From: a bacterium
GTDB lineage: Bacteria; J088
DNA: 64,000 nt
Reading direction: 5' to 3'
NCBI GenBank assembly: GCA_041623475.1
Contig: JBFJWU010000001.1
Location: 1,781 to 65,780, forward strand
Position 1 is the stretch's first letter; every line of letters starts with the position of its first letter. This document shows positions 49,215 through 59,897 of this stretch, one piece after another. The notes below the pieces were generated by a model, which saw nothing but the letters and a program-made list of their open reading frames with translations, searched no databases and was not told the DNA's origin. Made by a program: the position numbers and the translations under genes.

Positions 49215-50491
49215 TTGCTGCGGATCAACACACTTTCACGGTGCGCGTGCAGGCCTTCTTCGTCTGCCAGCCGGGCAATCGAACCGGCGTATCGGGCCAG
49301 GGCATCCTGGTTAAAAGACATCAGGCTGGTGCGTTTGACGAAATCCCCTGTGCCAAGCGGGCTGTAAAACCGGGCGGTCCCCTGGGTCGGCAGGACATGG
49401 TTGGGGCCGGCGATATAGTCGCCTACGGCTTCGGGTGTCGACGCACCAATAAAAATAGCACCTGCGTGGCGCAGCCGTTCCAGAAGCGCTTCCGGGTCGT
49501 CGACCAGCAATTCCAGATGTTCCGGCGCATACTGATTGGACAGGTCAACGGCCTGGTCCAACCCGTCGCAGACAACCACCAGACCATTCGTCTCCAGGCT
49601 TGCGGCGGCAATATCCCGTCTTGGGTTGTCCTGAAGCAATCCGGGAATCGCGTCGATGATTTGCTGGCCATAATCGCGGCTGGTAACCAAAATCAAAACT
49701 GCAGCGGCCTCGTCGTGCTCTGCCTGCGCCAGGGCATCCGCAGCTGCCCAGGCGGGATCAACGGATCCATCGGCAATGATGCAGACCTCGCTGGGTCCCG
49801 CAACCGAATCGATATCGACCAGACCATAGACTCGTCTTTTTGCTTCGGCAACAAACCTGTTCCCCGGTCCGACAACCTTGTCGACCCGCGGAATGCGTTC
49901 TGTGCCAAATGCCAGGGCGGCAATCGCCTGGGCACCGCCAACCCGGAAAATCCGATGAACGCCGGCCATCGCTGCGGCCGCTTCGATAACCAGCGGAAGG
50001 TGCCGGCCCCTGGGAGGCGTCACCATGACAACTTCCTCGACGCCGGCGACGGACGCAGGAATGGCGCACATCAGGATGCTGGACGGGTAGGCCGCCTTGC
50101 CTCCGGGCACATAGATCCCGACACGATCCAACGGTGTAATCCGCGCACCCAGCTTGATGCCCGGCTCAGTCGTTTCATACCAGCCCGTTGGCATCAAACG
50201 CTCGTGAAATGCCCTGATCCTGGCTGCGGCCGTTTCCAGCGCAGACCGCAAATCGGGATCCAGTTTTTCAATGCAGCCGGGATCCGGAACAATCTCCATG
50301 TCGTCCGGACGAATGACTTCACCATCCAGTTTCTGGGTCCAATAGGCGACTGCCGTGTCGCCGCGCCGATTAACATCTTCCAGGATCTGTTCAACCAGCG
50401 GCTCGCCGCCAAGATCAACCGCATTTCGTGCCGATCGCTGGGCAAAAAGATCCGTAAATCCCTCTTGCGATGTTTCGACAATCTGCATCAT
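49211..50491 (-). CDS. hisD: Histidinol dehydrogenase
   Basis: Full-length match, including HisD zinc-binding regions (..QAEHDEAAA.. / ..GDYIAGPNHVLPT). Confidence 0.95.
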   Translation of the reverse strand: MMQIVETSQEGFTDLFAQRSARNAVDLGGEPLVEQILEDVNRRGDTAVAYWTQKLDGEVIRPDDMEIVPDPGCIEKLDPDLRSALETAAARIRAFHERLMPTGWYETTEPGIKLGARITPLDRVGIYVPGGKAAYPSSILMCAIPASVAGVEEVVMVTPPRGRHLPLVIEAAAAMAGVHRIFRVGGAQAIAALAFGTERIPRVDKVVGPGNRFVAEAKRRVYGLVDIDSVAGPSEVCIIADGSVDPAWAAADALAQAEHDEAAAVLILVTSRDYGQQIIDAIPGLLQDNPRRDIAAASLETNGLVVVCDGLDQAVDLSNQYAPEHLELLVDDPEALLERLRHAGAIFIGASTPEAVGDYIAGPNHVLPTQGTARFYSPLGTGDFVKRTSLMSFNQDALARYAGSIARLADEEGLHAHRESVLIRSK

Positions 50492-51120
50492 TGGGCACCC
50501 CCTACGACCGGCATGATTCGATCAACGATCACCCGAATTTCATCCCGTTGCCTGTAAAATGCCGATGGCTCGCAAATCAAGCGGCTTGTAACCGACATGA
50601 TTTCCTCGTATACGATCAAATCGTGGGCGGCCAGCGTCTTGCCGGTTTCAACCAGGTCGACGATACAGTCCGCAATACCGGCCTCGGGTGCGGTCTCGAG
50701 TGTCCCACCCATTACAACCAGATCGTAGTATCGCCCGGCCCGTTCAAATGCTTCAGCAGTGAGTACCGGATACTTGGTTGCCACCCGCCAGCGGCGCGTC
50801 GGATCGGCGTGAAAATCAAGGCTGCGCGGCCCGGCCACGGACATTCTGCACGCACCAATGCCAAGGTCCAGCAACTCGTGCAGGTCCGAACGACGCTCGC
50901 GAAGCGTATCAATACCTGTAATGCCCAATGCGCAGGCACCTCGTGACACGAACAACGGCACGTCCTGGCTGCGAACAATCATGGCTTCGATGTCATTCCC
51001 AAGGGGACGAATCAGGCTGCGGCTTTCGGCCTGCAGCGCCGACACATCAAATCCGGCGGCTCCGAGCAGGTCGACGGCTTCGGTCAGGATCCGGCCTTTG
51101 GCAATCGCGATCCGGATCAT
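50488..51120 (-). CDS. hisG: ATP phosphoribosyltransferase (short form)
   Basis: MIRIAIAKGRIL...ITGIDTLRE.. 210 aa, HisG-S type. Confidence 0.92.
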   Translation of the reverse strand: MIRIAIAKGRILTEAVDLLGAAGFDVSALQAESRSLIRPLGNDIEAMIVRSQDVPLFVSRGACALGITGIDTLRERRSDLHELLDLGIGACRMSVAGPRSLDFHADPTRRWRVATKYPVLTAEAFERAGRYYDLVVMGGTLETAPEAGIADCIVDLVETGKTLAAHDLIVYEEIMSVTSRLICEPSAFYRQRDEIRVIVDRIMPVVGGAQ

Positions 51121-52430
51121 GTCGTCACCGCCGTTGAAATATCGTCCTCGATACGCGGGACCGTCGCGTCGCGGTCGTACATCTGCACGTCAGCGCCCAG
51201 CGTTTTCAATTTTTCGTCCAGTAACTCGTAGCCCCGTTGCAGGTGGTAGATCCGCAAAACATCCGTCGTCCCGTTGGCAGCCAGTCCGGCGATAACCAGG
51301 CCGGCGCTGGCCCGCAGGTCTGTTGCCATAACCGGCGCGCCGGACAGCGGCGCTCCGCCACGGATAACAGCGACCGATCCCTGTACCCGTACATCGGCAC
51401 CCATTCGTTGCAATTCAGGAACGTGCATAAACCGGTTTTCAAAAATTGTTTCGATGACCTCGGCACTACCGTCAACGGTAGCCATCAGGGACATCCATTG
51501 GGCCTGCAGGTCCGTCGCAAAACCGGGAAATGGTGCGGTTCGCACGTCCTGGGGCCGCAGGTCCGCCGACACTGCGTCGACCTCGATTCCGGCCTCGTCG
51601 ACATTGACCCGCGCACCAATATCGCGCAGCTTCGTCAACAGGGCATCCAGGTGTGAAGCGGTCGCACCCTGCACACGCACAGAGCCACGTGTTGCGGCTC
51701 CGGCCAGTAGATAGGTCCCGGCTTCGATTCGATCCGCAATAACGGTCGCATCGGCACCGGCCAGCGCATCATTGCCCTGGACCTGAATCGTTCCCGAACC
51801 GTCACCGCTGATATCCGCACCCATGGTGCGCAGCAACTCGGCCAACGCCGAAATTTCCGGCTCACGGGCCGCATTTTCGATGACGCTTTCGCCCCGCGCA
51901 CCAGCAGCTGCCATCAGCGCATTTTCAGTTCCGCCAACCGTCGGCATATCGAAACAGATCCGCGCCCCCGTTAATTGCCTGACGGACGCATGGACATAAC
52001 CTTCCCGTACCGATATCTGTGCGCCCAGCGCCTCGAGCGCTTTCAGGTGCTGATCAATCGGCCGGGCCCCGATCGCGCATCCACCCGGCAGGCTGACAGC
52101 CGCCTGTCCATAACGAACCAGCAATGGCGCCAGGACCAGCACGCTGGCCCGCATTGTCCGGACCAGTTCGTACGGCGCCAACGGTGACTGGGGCAGGCTG
52201 GTTGCCTGCAGGTCAATAATTCCGCCTTCAGGCCGGGACACAGAGACACCCAGCAGTTCCAACAGCCGTGACATCGAGCGGACATCCTGCAGGTCCGGTA
52301 CGCGGCGCAACCGGATCGGGGAATCGGTCAGTATCGCGGCGGCCATCATCGGTAATGCCGCATTTTTTGATCCGCTGGCGTTGATGGTCCCATTCAGGAC
52401 TTGTCCGCCATTGATTTTCAGGGCTCTCAT
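51117..52430 (-). CDS. murA: UDP-N-acetylglucosamine 1-carboxyvinyltransferase
   Basis: Full-length match. N-terminal ..INASGSKNAALP.. Active-site Cys loop. Start trimmed to ATG 52430 (MRALKINGG). Confidence 0.95.
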   Translation of the reverse strand: MRALKINGGQVLNGTINASGSKNAALPMMAAAILTDSPIRLRRVPDLQDVRSMSRLLELLGVSVSRPEGGIIDLQATSLPQSPLAPYELVRTMRASVLVLAPLLVRYGQAAVSLPGGCAIGARPIDQHLKALEALGAQISVREGYVHASVRQLTGARICFDMPTVGGTENALMAAAGARGESVIENAAREPEISALAELLRTMGADISGDGSGTIQVQGNDALAGADATVIADRIEAGTYLLAGAATRGSVRVQGATASHLDALLTKLRDIGARVNVDEAGIEVDAVSADLRPQDVRTAPFPGFATDLQAQWMSLMATVDGSAEVIETIFENRFMHVPELQRMGADVRVQGSVAVIRGGAPLSGAPVMATDLRASAGLVIAGLAANGTTDVLRIYHLQRGYELLDEKLKTLGADVQMYDRDATVPRIEDDISTAVTT

Positions 52431-52575
52431 GTTGCTTCCAGTCGGTTCCTGTCTTGTGGTCCGGTCGACCGACATTGCGACAACGCGGTACAGCTCGTAT
52501 GCTGCCGCAACCTGTTGATTCGCAAAGATTTTTTGAGGTGGGCCGGGTTCCGGGCAGAGGTTCCGGTGCTGCCGC

Positions 52576-53448
52576 TCATCTTACCATAGGGGTCGCCGCG
52601 AAAACCCGCGGTATCCCACCGTAATCCTGCCACCAGCCAAGCACCTGCCATCGCGACTGGGCTGTCAAAGCGGAAATCGCCGCTTTCTGCCCGATGCCTG
52701 CTTCACAGACCCAGACACCACCCGTTTCAAGCCGGTCGTGCAAAAGATTCGCCTGCTGGCGGATCGCATCCAGGCCGTCGACACCGGCAACGAGTGCGTC
52801 GACCGGTTCCTGTCGCACCTCGGGCGCCAGTGTATCCAGATCCGAATCCGGGACGTACGGAGGATTACTGACAATCAATGCGTATTTTTCTGCAGGGGCC
52901 CAGTCCAGCCAGTCCGTCTGGACAAGATCGACCGAGGGAGCCAGGCGTTCCAGATTCTGTCGCAGGTACGTGCAGGCGGTTTCGGACTGCTCGATGGCCT
53001 GGATCTGGCGATCCGGGTAGATTCCAGACAGGCCGATCGCCAGGATTCCACTGCCCGACCCGAGGTCCGCGGCGGCACCATCCGGGATCCGACCCTGGCG
53101 GTCCAGCTCGACTACCGCATCCAGGATGAACTCGGATTCCGGTCGTGGCACCAGGACACCGGGACCCACCACGACTTCAAAATCGCGGAACGCTTTGCGG
53201 CCGAGGATATATGCCACAGGTTCGCGGTTCAATCGCCGCTGGATCATCTCGCGCAACCGGCCTCGTTCGCCCTGCGTCAGCGGCTGGTCAGCGCGGGTCA
53301 AGACCTGCAGCCTGTTTCCGTTAATCGTTTCTGCCAGCAAAAGCTCGGCATCGAGACGCGGATTGTCCAGGCTTTCCCGGTTAAATCGGTCCTGCATCCA
53401 GCGCAGGGCCATTGCGACGGTCCAGGTTTGGCCGTCCGGCTCACTCAC
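52576..53448 (-). CDS. prmC: Release factor glutamine N5-methyltransferase PrmC (HemK)
   Basis: NPPY catalytic motif (IVSNPPYVP). SAM-binding [14 protein letters not shown] at 53448 overlaps the prfA stop by 8 nt; the alternative start is ATG 53412. Confidence 0.85.
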   Translation of the reverse strand: MSEPDGQTWTVAMALRWMQDRFNRESLDNPRLDAELLLAETINGNRLQVLTRADQPLTQGERGRLREMIQRRLNREPVAYILGRKAFRDFEVVVGPGVLVPRPESEFILDAVVELDRQGRIPDGAAADLGSGSGILAIGLSGIYPDRQIQAIEQSETACTYLRQNLERLAPSVDLVQTDWLDWAPAEKYALIVSNPPYVPDSDLDTLAPEVRQEPVDALVAGVDGLDAIRQQANLLHDRLETGGVWVCEAGIGQKAAISALTAQSRWQVLGWWQDYGGIPRVFAATPMVR

Positions 53449-54511
53449 CCGGATTAGCCAGCCGTTCAGCCATATCAGCCGCCGCCAGCGCGGCAAACAA
53501 TTCGTCCAGCGAACCTTCGATGACCTGGTCCAGTTTGTGTAATGTCAAGTTGATCCGGTGATCCGTCACCCGGTTCTGGGGAAAGTTGTAGGTCCGGATT
53601 CGTTCGCTTCGATCACCGGATCCAACCAGCCCCTTGCGTTCGGCGGCTCGTTCGGCATGAGCTTCGGATTCAAAGTGCTCCTGCAGGCGGGCCCGCAGGA
53701 CCCGCAATGCCTTGGCCTTGTTCTTATGCTGGCTTTTTTCATCCTGGCAGCTGACCACCAGCCCCGTTGGAATGTGCGTAATCCGGATTGCAGAATCGGT
53801 AGTGTTGACGTGCTGGCCGCCGGCCCCCTGTGACCGGAAGGTGTCAATACGCAGATCGTTGGAATCGATTTCAACATCGATTTCGTCCGCTTCAGGGAGA
53901 ATTGCAACCGTCACTGCACTGGTGTGGATCCGCCCCTGGCTTTCAGTTTCCGGAATTCGCTGGACCCGGTGCACGCCGCTTTCAAACTTTAGCCGACTGT
54001 AGGCACCGTGGCCCTCGACAACCGCAATAACTTCGCGGATTCCACCAATGCCTGATTCGCTGCGTTCCAGTTCCGATACGTTCCAGCGTTCCCGCTCGGC
54101 AAATCGAAGGTACATACGATACAGGTCCGCCGCAAACAATCCAGCCTCATCGCCTCCGGTACCGGCACGAATCTCGAGAACGATATTTTTGTCATCATTG
54201 GGATCGGTCGGTGTCAGGTGTATCTGCAATTCACCTTCCAGCCGCTCGACTTCGGATTTAAGGCCGTCCAACTCATCCTGTGCCAACTGGCGCAGTTCCG
54301 GATCAGCGGAATCGGCCAGGATCTGGTGGGCTTCGTCCAGACTGTCGACTGCAGATCGCCAGGCCTCCCACGTATCGACAACAGGCTTTATCTCGGCAAG
54401 CCGCTGCGAAATACGGATCACTTCATTGTGATCGGCAGAGACCACCGGATCAGCCAGTCGCTGGTTCAGCTCCTGGTGTTCACGGGCCAGAATTTCAAGT
54501 TTTTCCTGCAC
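53441..54511 (-). CDS. prfA: Peptide chain release factor 1
   Basis: GGQ motif ([15 protein letters not shown]) and PxT-class tripeptide region. 356 aa. Confidence 0.95.
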   Translation of the reverse strand: MQEKLEILAREHQELNQRLADPVVSADHNEVIRISQRLAEIKPVVDTWEAWRSAVDSLDEAHQILADSADPELRQLAQDELDGLKSEVERLEGELQIHLTPTDPNDDKNIVLEIRAGTGGDEAGLFAADLYRMYLRFAERERWNVSELERSESGIGGIREVIAVVEGHGAYSRLKFESGVHRVQRIPETESQGRIHTSAVTVAILPEADEIDVEIDSNDLRIDTFRSQGAGGQHVNTTDSAIRITHIPTGLVVSCQDEKSQHKNKAKALRVLRARLQEHFESEAHAERAAERKGLVGSGDRSERIRTYNFPQNRVTDHRINLTLHKLDQVIEGSLDELFAALAAADMAERLANPGE

Positions 54512-54550
54512 TGGGCAGACCGTCCGTGCGCGGCGCGACGCGCCGCCTGG

Positions 54551-54814
54551 TCAGTCTTCTGCGGGGGTGTCTTCGGCAGACTCTTCGGCCGCTGACTCTG
54601 TTTCGGCTGCATCGTCCTTGATGCCGTACTTGCGACGGAACTTCTCGATCCGGCCGGCCTCGTCGACAAATTTCTGCTTGCCAGTGAAAAACGGATGACA
54701 GTTGGAACAAATTGAAATATTAATTTCCGGCACGGTAGAACGCGTGTCGATGATGTTGCCACAGGCGCAAATGATTTTTGCCGGAACGTATTCCGGGTGA
54801 ATGTCCTTCTTCAT
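54551..54814 (-). CDS. rpmE: 50S ribosomal protein L31 (zinc-binding type A) with an acidic C-terminal extension
   Basis: MKKDIHPEY...CACG...[10 protein letters not shown]. The ~20-aa Asp/Glu/Ala-rich tail is not typical. Confidence 0.9.
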   Translation of the reverse strand: MKKDIHPEYVPAKIICACGNIIDTRSTVPEINISICSNCHPFFTGKQKFVDEAGRIEKFRRKYGIKDDAAETESAAEESAEDTPAED

Positions 54815-55075
54815 CAGTACTTACCCTGAGTTTGAGTGTCGCAACACCGGCCCGAAAAAGGTGCCGGAACGTGCTTACCGTAATTCCAAACCGTTTATTT
54901 TATCGGTGACGGACCGGATTTGCAATTCAGATCCTGCATAGGACGGCAATTATTGCCTTTTTCAGGTCCATGGTAACGTAATGTTTTCCACGGGATATCT
55001 GATTCCGTGGTCATTGTCAATCGTGGTCGGACCACCCGTTTTCGACCACAGCCAGACAGGGGATAGATCGCCAGG

Positions 55076-55852
55076 ATGCGGGGAAAATTCTATATCGAGG
55101 CCGGGCTGAGATTTGGTCGCCCGTTGTTTCGACTGAGCCTCCATATTGAAGACATGCGTCCCCGGAAACTGTTAATGGTCAAGGAGCCGCCGCAGAAAAC
55201 CGGAACGACCCGGATTGCGACGGAATCCGACGCTGACGATCATTTCTATTTTTCGCCGGAACTCTGGGACCAGGGCATGTGTACCTGTACCGAATCACAG
55301 CCTGGCCACTGGGATGTCGAGTTCGGGGGTCGACGAATGTTCGGTTCCTACGTTCTGGTGGAGCCTCGGCCCGGATACGCTTTGCTGTTCCAGGAAGGTA
55401 ACGAGCCGGCAGGTGTTCGCTTTGCACTCAGCGCCGGAGGCATCGTTATCCGTAATGAAGATCCCGCCCAGGTGGCACTGATTCGTCCCCGGGGACGGCA
55501 ATATTGGACCTTGCCAAAAGGCACCGTTGAAACGGATGAAAGCCGCGAACATGCCGCCGTACGCGAGGTTGGCGAGGAAACCGGAGTGCAAAGCGAAATC
55601 GTTTGCCCTCTGGAGCCGATCGAATATTGGTTCTGGAGCAATGAAGGAGACCAGCGGGTCCGTGTCCACAAAGCCGTTGCCTATTTCCTGATGACCGCCG
55701 GGGAAATCGGCGAGCCGACAGCTACCGCTGAAATTGAAGAGGTCGGTTGGTTCGGAATGGACGAGGCACCGTCAAAATTGTCCCACGAGTCAGAGCGTGA
55801 TGTGCTGGTGCAGGGCCTGGAAGCCTGGAAAAAAGGCGTCATCAGCAGCTGA
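55076..55852 (+). CDS. NUDIX hydrolase with a ~110-aa N-terminal extension. Start uncertain.
   Basis: Nudix box ...REHAAVREVGEETGV... preceded by ALSAGGIVI. Confidence 0.75.
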   Translation: MRGKFYIEAGLRFGRPLFRLSLHIEDMRPRKLLMVKEPPQKTGTTRIATESDADDHFYFSPELWDQGMCTCTESQPGHWDVEFGGRRMFGSYVLVEPRPGYALLFQEGNEPAGVRFALSAGGIVIRNEDPAQVALIRPRGRQYWTLPKGTVETDESREHAAVREVGEETGVQSEIVCPLEPIEYWFWSNEGDQRVRVHKAVAYFLMTAGEIGEPTATAEIEEVGWFGMDEAPSKLSHESERDVLVQGLEAWKKGVISS

Positions 55853-55871
55853 CAACAAACCTGGACCCGGA

Positions 55872-56852
55872 TCAATCCGGGGGTTGCCCCAACGGTTCCT
55901 CAGACACGACGCGATTTCGCCCTCGGTTTTTTGCCTTGTATAGTGCGGCATCGGCAGCCGTCACCAATCCGGTTCCATCATCATCGTCCGGTGTCGGCCA
56001 CGCGGTCGCCGTGCCGACGCTGACCGTTACGACATCGGACACATCCGAACCGCCGTGTTCGATGGCGCGGTCCTGCACGCCCTGGCAGAGGGCGTCGGCG
56101 ACTAGCCGAGCCCCGTCGTGATCGGTCTCGGGCAGGATCAGGGCGAACTCCTCGCCACCGTAGCGGGCGACCAGGTCGCCGGACCGGCGGACGGAAGTCT
56201 GCAACTGTTCGCCGATTGTCTGCAGGCAACGATCCCCGGCCTGGTGGCCGTGGATGTCGTTGTATGGTTTGAAGTAGTCGACGTCAATCATTATCACGGA
56301 CAATGCCGCATGGTTACGCGCCGCCCGACGCCATTCAGCGGACAGTGTCGCGTCAAATTTCCGCCGGTTGAACACACCGGTCAGCGAGTCGACGCTGGAC
56401 AACTCCTGTAATTTGCGATTGGCCTCGGTCAGGTGGCGGGTCATAGACTTGCGATGATCCATCATCTGTTTTAACAGCAGGGCAGACCGAATACGCGCCA
56501 GCAGATCGATGCGGCGAGGCGGCTTGGTCAGGTAGTCCATGGCTCCGGCTTCAAAAGCTTCCTCCAGGGACTCTTCGTCCGCATTTGCGGTCATGATGAT
56601 TATCGGGATGTCGTGAAAAAACGTATCGGTTTTCAGTTCGCGGCAAAAACTGATTCCGTCCGTACCGGGCATTGCGATATCGCAGATAATCAGGTCGACT
56701 TCGATCCCACCCGTACGGCGGCCGACGCCCAGCAACTCCCGGGCCTCTTCCGCAGACTCGGCTTTGACGACTTCGGCATATCCGGACCGCGTCAGGTACC
56801 GTTCCATCACCCTCAGCGCCACGTCCGAATCGTCAATAATCATTATTTTCAT
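55872..56852 (-). CDS. Response regulator diguanylate cyclase (REC-GGDEF)
   Basis: IMIIDDSDVALRV...IICDIAMPGTDG (REC). RYGGEEF and DVDYFKPYND (GGDEF). Confidence 0.9.
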   Translation of the reverse strand: MKIMIIDDSDVALRVMERYLTRSGYAEVVKAESAEEARELLGVGRRTGGIEVDLIICDIAMPGTDGISFCRELKTDTFFHDIPIIIMTANADEESLEEAFEAGAMDYLTKPPRRIDLLARIRSALLLKQMMDHRKSMTRHLTEANRKLQELSSVDSLTGVFNRRKFDATLSAEWRRAARNHAALSVIMIDVDYFKPYNDIHGHQAGDRCLQTIGEQLQTSVRRSGDLVARYGGEEFALILPETDHDGARLVADALCQGVQDRAIEHGGSDVSDVVTVSVGTATAWPTPDDDDGTGLVTAADAALYKAKNRGRNRVVSEEPLGQPPD

Positions 56853-56935
56853 GGCTGCGCCCGTTCTCGTTCCCCGTCCACGTCCGTCCCCCAGTATATC
56901 GCCGCTACCGTTGATCGCGCCGATATACTGGATCC

Positions 56936-57520
56936 GTGAACTGGTCAGAACATTGGTGGGTCCTGGTACTTTCCGCGGCCGCAGGCAGCCTGCCGACGGC
57001 GTGGATTGCAGTCAAGCTGGCCATCGGCCGTGATGTCCGCAGCCACGGAAGCGGCAATGTCGGCGCAACGAACGCTGGTCGCCTGCTGGGGTGGGGCGGA
57101 TTCGCGATTGTCCTGGCGATTGATATCACCAAAGGCTCGCTACCCGTTGTCGTTGCGGCAATGAATGGGTTCCAGCCTGGGGAGGGTCTCTGGCTGGGCC
57201 TCGCTGCCGTGGTCGGCCATTGCTATACACCCTGGCTTGGTTTTCGTGGTGGCAAGGGCGTCGCGACCGCAGCGGGTGCGGTCGCCGTGGCAAACTGGCC
57301 CGCAGTACTTGCCGGTGCATCAGTGTGGCTGTTGGTTCGACGCATCAGCGACCTTGCCAGCGTGGCCAGCCTCGCGGGGCTTGCTGCCGCCGGAATTGGC
57401 GTGGTAGGATGGGGTTCGCCCGCGCTCTGGCCGCCTTTTGCGGCGATCAGCGCGGTCGTTCTCTTGCGGCATTCAGGCAATCTTCGTCGCCTTGCTGCCG
57501 GGACCGAACTCAGAACATGA
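56936..57520 (+). CDS. plsY: Glycerol-3-phosphate acyltransferase PlsY
   Basis: HGSGNVGATN signature. ~190-aa polytopic membrane protein. Confidence 0.85.
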   Translation: MNWSEHWWVLVLSAAAGSLPTAWIAVKLAIGRDVRSHGSGNVGATNAGRLLGWGGFAIVLAIDITKGSLPVVVAAMNGFQPGEGLWLGLAAVVGHCYTPWLGFRGGKGVATAAGAVAVANWPAVLAGASVWLLVRRISDLASVASLAGLAAAGIGVVGWGSPALWPPFAAISAVVLLRHSGNLRRLAAGTELRT

Positions 57521-57532
57521 AGGGTGGATGAC

Positions 57533-58915
57533 ATGTCCGTTGATGGCGTAACCGATTCGCAGAAAATTCTGCAGAAACTAGTCGCGCTTTTGCGGGATGA
57601 TGGGGTCGAGGAGGCAGCCAGCCTGTACAGTCGCCTGTCCGAAGACGTTGGTTACTTTCTGGTCCAGAAACTCACCCAGGATGCCCGCCTGAGCAACCGG
57701 CTGGCAAAAATGTTCTATGTTGCCAAAGATTTTGAAAAATCGGCGCTCGTATTCGAGGAGTCAGGTGAATACGAAAAGGCCGCGCGCCTTTATGAAAAAG
57801 CCGATGATTACGGGATGGCCGCAGAGATGTTTGCCAAGATTGAAAACTGGCAGGCTGCGGCGCAGATGTACGAAAAACACGGCAACTTTGACACGGCAGC
57901 CGAACTCTACCAGAAGGTGGGCGACCTGGCCCGGGCTGCGGCCAATTTTGAGAAAGCCGTAAACAATTTTCGGGCCGGCAAGACCTATTACGAACTGGGC
58001 AAACACGAAAAAGCGGTCGAACTGCTCCAGAAAATCGGGTCCGACCACGAATACCACGTTGAAGCTGTCCTGATGGTCAATAAAGTCATGGCGTCCGGGG
58101 GATATCGATCGATCGCGATTCGCAAACTGGATGCATTGCTGCAGGAACATGGCCTGGCCGAGCGGACATTGGACGTGGCGTTGACCCTTGCAGAGAACCT
58201 GCTTCTGGAAGGCGAACCAGACCAGGCCAAGGAATGGGTCGAGCGCGTCCTTGAGGTCAAGTTTCCCTACAAGAACGCGGGCGATCTGTTGAAACAGATC
58301 GAAGCTGGCCCGGCACCGGTCGTAGCGGTTGACGAGGCGCCCGAAATAATCGAGGACAGCGAGCCGATCGAGGAAATCGAAGTCGTTGAAGAACTCGAGG
58401 ACTCGGGGCCGATCATGGCTCTGGAAGAAGAATTCGAAACGATCCGGGATGCCCCGATATTTTCGGAATTGAACCTGCAGGAACTGAAGAAATTCTGGAC
58501 CCTGACAATGCCGCTGGATTTTACGTCCGGCGAAGTCATTATTGAACAGGATGAAGCGGGTACCGGCCTTTATATTGTTTCATCAGGAAAGGTTCGGGTC
58601 GTCCGAGTCCACGACGACGGCAACGAGGAAACCCTGGCCGAGTTGGATTCCGGGGCCCATCTTGGGGAAATGAGCCTGTTGGATGACTCACCAACCAGTG
58701 CCCGGGTGGTCGCCATCGAAGATGTTGATACCTTTCTGCTTCCCAAGGATGCTTTTCAGCAATTGATTCATTCCGATGACCGTCTGGCTCGCAAAATCTA
58801 CCAGGCATTTGCGGCTACTTTGATGGGCAGACTGCGCGAGACAAACGAAAAGTTTCGCTCATTCAAGGAAAAACAGGAAGAAGAGATGGCTGACATTTTT
58901 GGAATCAAGGGCTGA
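57533..58915 (+). CDS. TPR-repeat protein with a C-terminal cyclic-nucleotide-binding (cNMP/CAP-like) domain
   Basis: Repeated A/K/Y/E-rich 34-residue helical repeats (AARLYEKADDYGMAAEMFAKIENWQAAAQMYEKHGNFDTAAELYQKVGD...). C-terminal cNMP-binding fold (GTGLYIVSSGKVRV...LGEMSLLDDSPTSARVVAIED). SD AGGGTGG 7 nt before ATG 57533. Confidence 0.75.
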   Translation: MSVDGVTDSQKILQKLVALLRDDGVEEAASLYSRLSEDVGYFLVQKLTQDARLSNRLAKMFYVAKDFEKSALVFEESGEYEKAARLYEKADDYGMAAEMFAKIENWQAAAQMYEKHGNFDTAAELYQKVGDLARAAANFEKAVNNFRAGKTYYELGKHEKAVELLQKIGSDHEYHVEAVLMVNKVMASGGYRSIAIRKLDALLQEHGLAERTLDVALTLAENLLLEGEPDQAKEWVERVLEVKFPYKNAGDLLKQIEAGPAPVVAVDEAPEIIEDSEPIEEIEVVEELEDSGPIMALEEEFETIRDAPIFSELNLQELKKFWTLTMPLDFTSGEVIIEQDEAGTGLYIVSSGKVRVVRVHDDGNEETLAELDSGAHLGEMSLLDDSPTSARVVAIEDVDTFLLPKDAFQQLIHSDDRLARKIYQAFAATLMGRLRETNEKFRSFKEKQEEEMADIFGIKG

Positions 58916-58930
58916 TCCCCGGCCCGTCCG

Positions 58931-59896
58931 GTGCAGGAATTTTCTCCCGAAGAGTACCCAGAGGTCGATGCCCAGAACGGGTCGGTACTGATTATCGACG
59001 ATGATGCGGCCCTGCGGCAGGTCGTTCGCGACCACTTGGCCGAAGACGATATGTTTACGCGCTTTTTTGAAGCCGGCAATGGCTTGGAGGGATTCAAAGT
59101 CCTGGCCAACCATATGCAGGACATTGACCTGGTTATCTGCGATCTGGAAATGCCGGAATTTGATGGCTTCAAGTTCCTGCAGATGCACAGTACCCGGGAT
59201 GATTTTGCGGCTGTACCCGTCATTATTTTGACATCCCGGACCGAGCAGGAAAACCGCATTCGGGGGCTTGACCTGGGCGCAGCCGACTACCTGGGCAAAC
59301 CGGTTTCACGCCAGGAGTTGCGTTTGCGAGCCCGCCACCAGTTGCAGATTCGCAGATTGCAGGAAGCGTTACGGGGGGCCATTCGCGAACTGTCCCATAT
59401 TTCTAAAACTGATCCGCTGACAGCACTCCCCAATCGGCGACATTTTATGGAATCCCTGGAACAGGAATACCGCAGGGCCAATCGATATCGCCACAGCCTG
59501 GGTGTCCTGATTATGGATATTGATGATTTCAAGTTGATCAACGATACCTGGGGACATCTGGTTGGTGATCGTGTCTTGCGGTCAGTTGCTGAAGTCCTGG
59601 ATGACGGCCTGCGGCAGTCTGACCTGGCGGCGCGTTACGGTGGCGAGGAGTTCGCACTGCTTCTGCCGCAAACGGACCTGGATGGAGCGGCGCTGGTGGC
59701 CGAACGCTATCGCGAGGCAATCGAACAGCAGTCGTTTGCCGCCGATGAGCAAACGTTTTCAGTTACCGTCAGCGTCGGGACCGCATCGATCCCCGAGACG
59801 GCCGGCGAAACGATGGAAGAACTGTTGCGGCGGGCAGATGCGGCGCTGTATCAGGCAAAAGAGGCGGGCAAGAACCAGGTCGTTCGCGCCCGCTGA
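58931..59896 (+). CDS. Response regulator diguanylate cyclase (REC-GGDEF)
   Basis: VLIIDDDAALRQV...VICDLEMPEFDG (REC). RYGGEEF and DIDDFKLIND (GGDEF). Confidence 0.9.
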   Translation: MQEFSPEEYPEVDAQNGSVLIIDDDAALRQVVRDHLAEDDMFTRFFEAGNGLEGFKVLANHMQDIDLVICDLEMPEFDGFKFLQMHSTRDDFAAVPVIILTSRTEQENRIRGLDLGAADYLGKPVSRQELRLRARHQLQIRRLQEALRGAIRELSHISKTDPLTALPNRRHFMESLEQEYRRANRYRHSLGVLIMDIDDFKLINDTWGHLVGDRVLRSVAEVLDDGLRQSDLAARYGGEEFALLLPQTDLDGAALVAERYREAIEQQSFAADEQTFSVTVSVGTASIPETAGETMEELLRRADAALYQAKEAGKNQVVRAR

Positions 59897-59897
59897 A

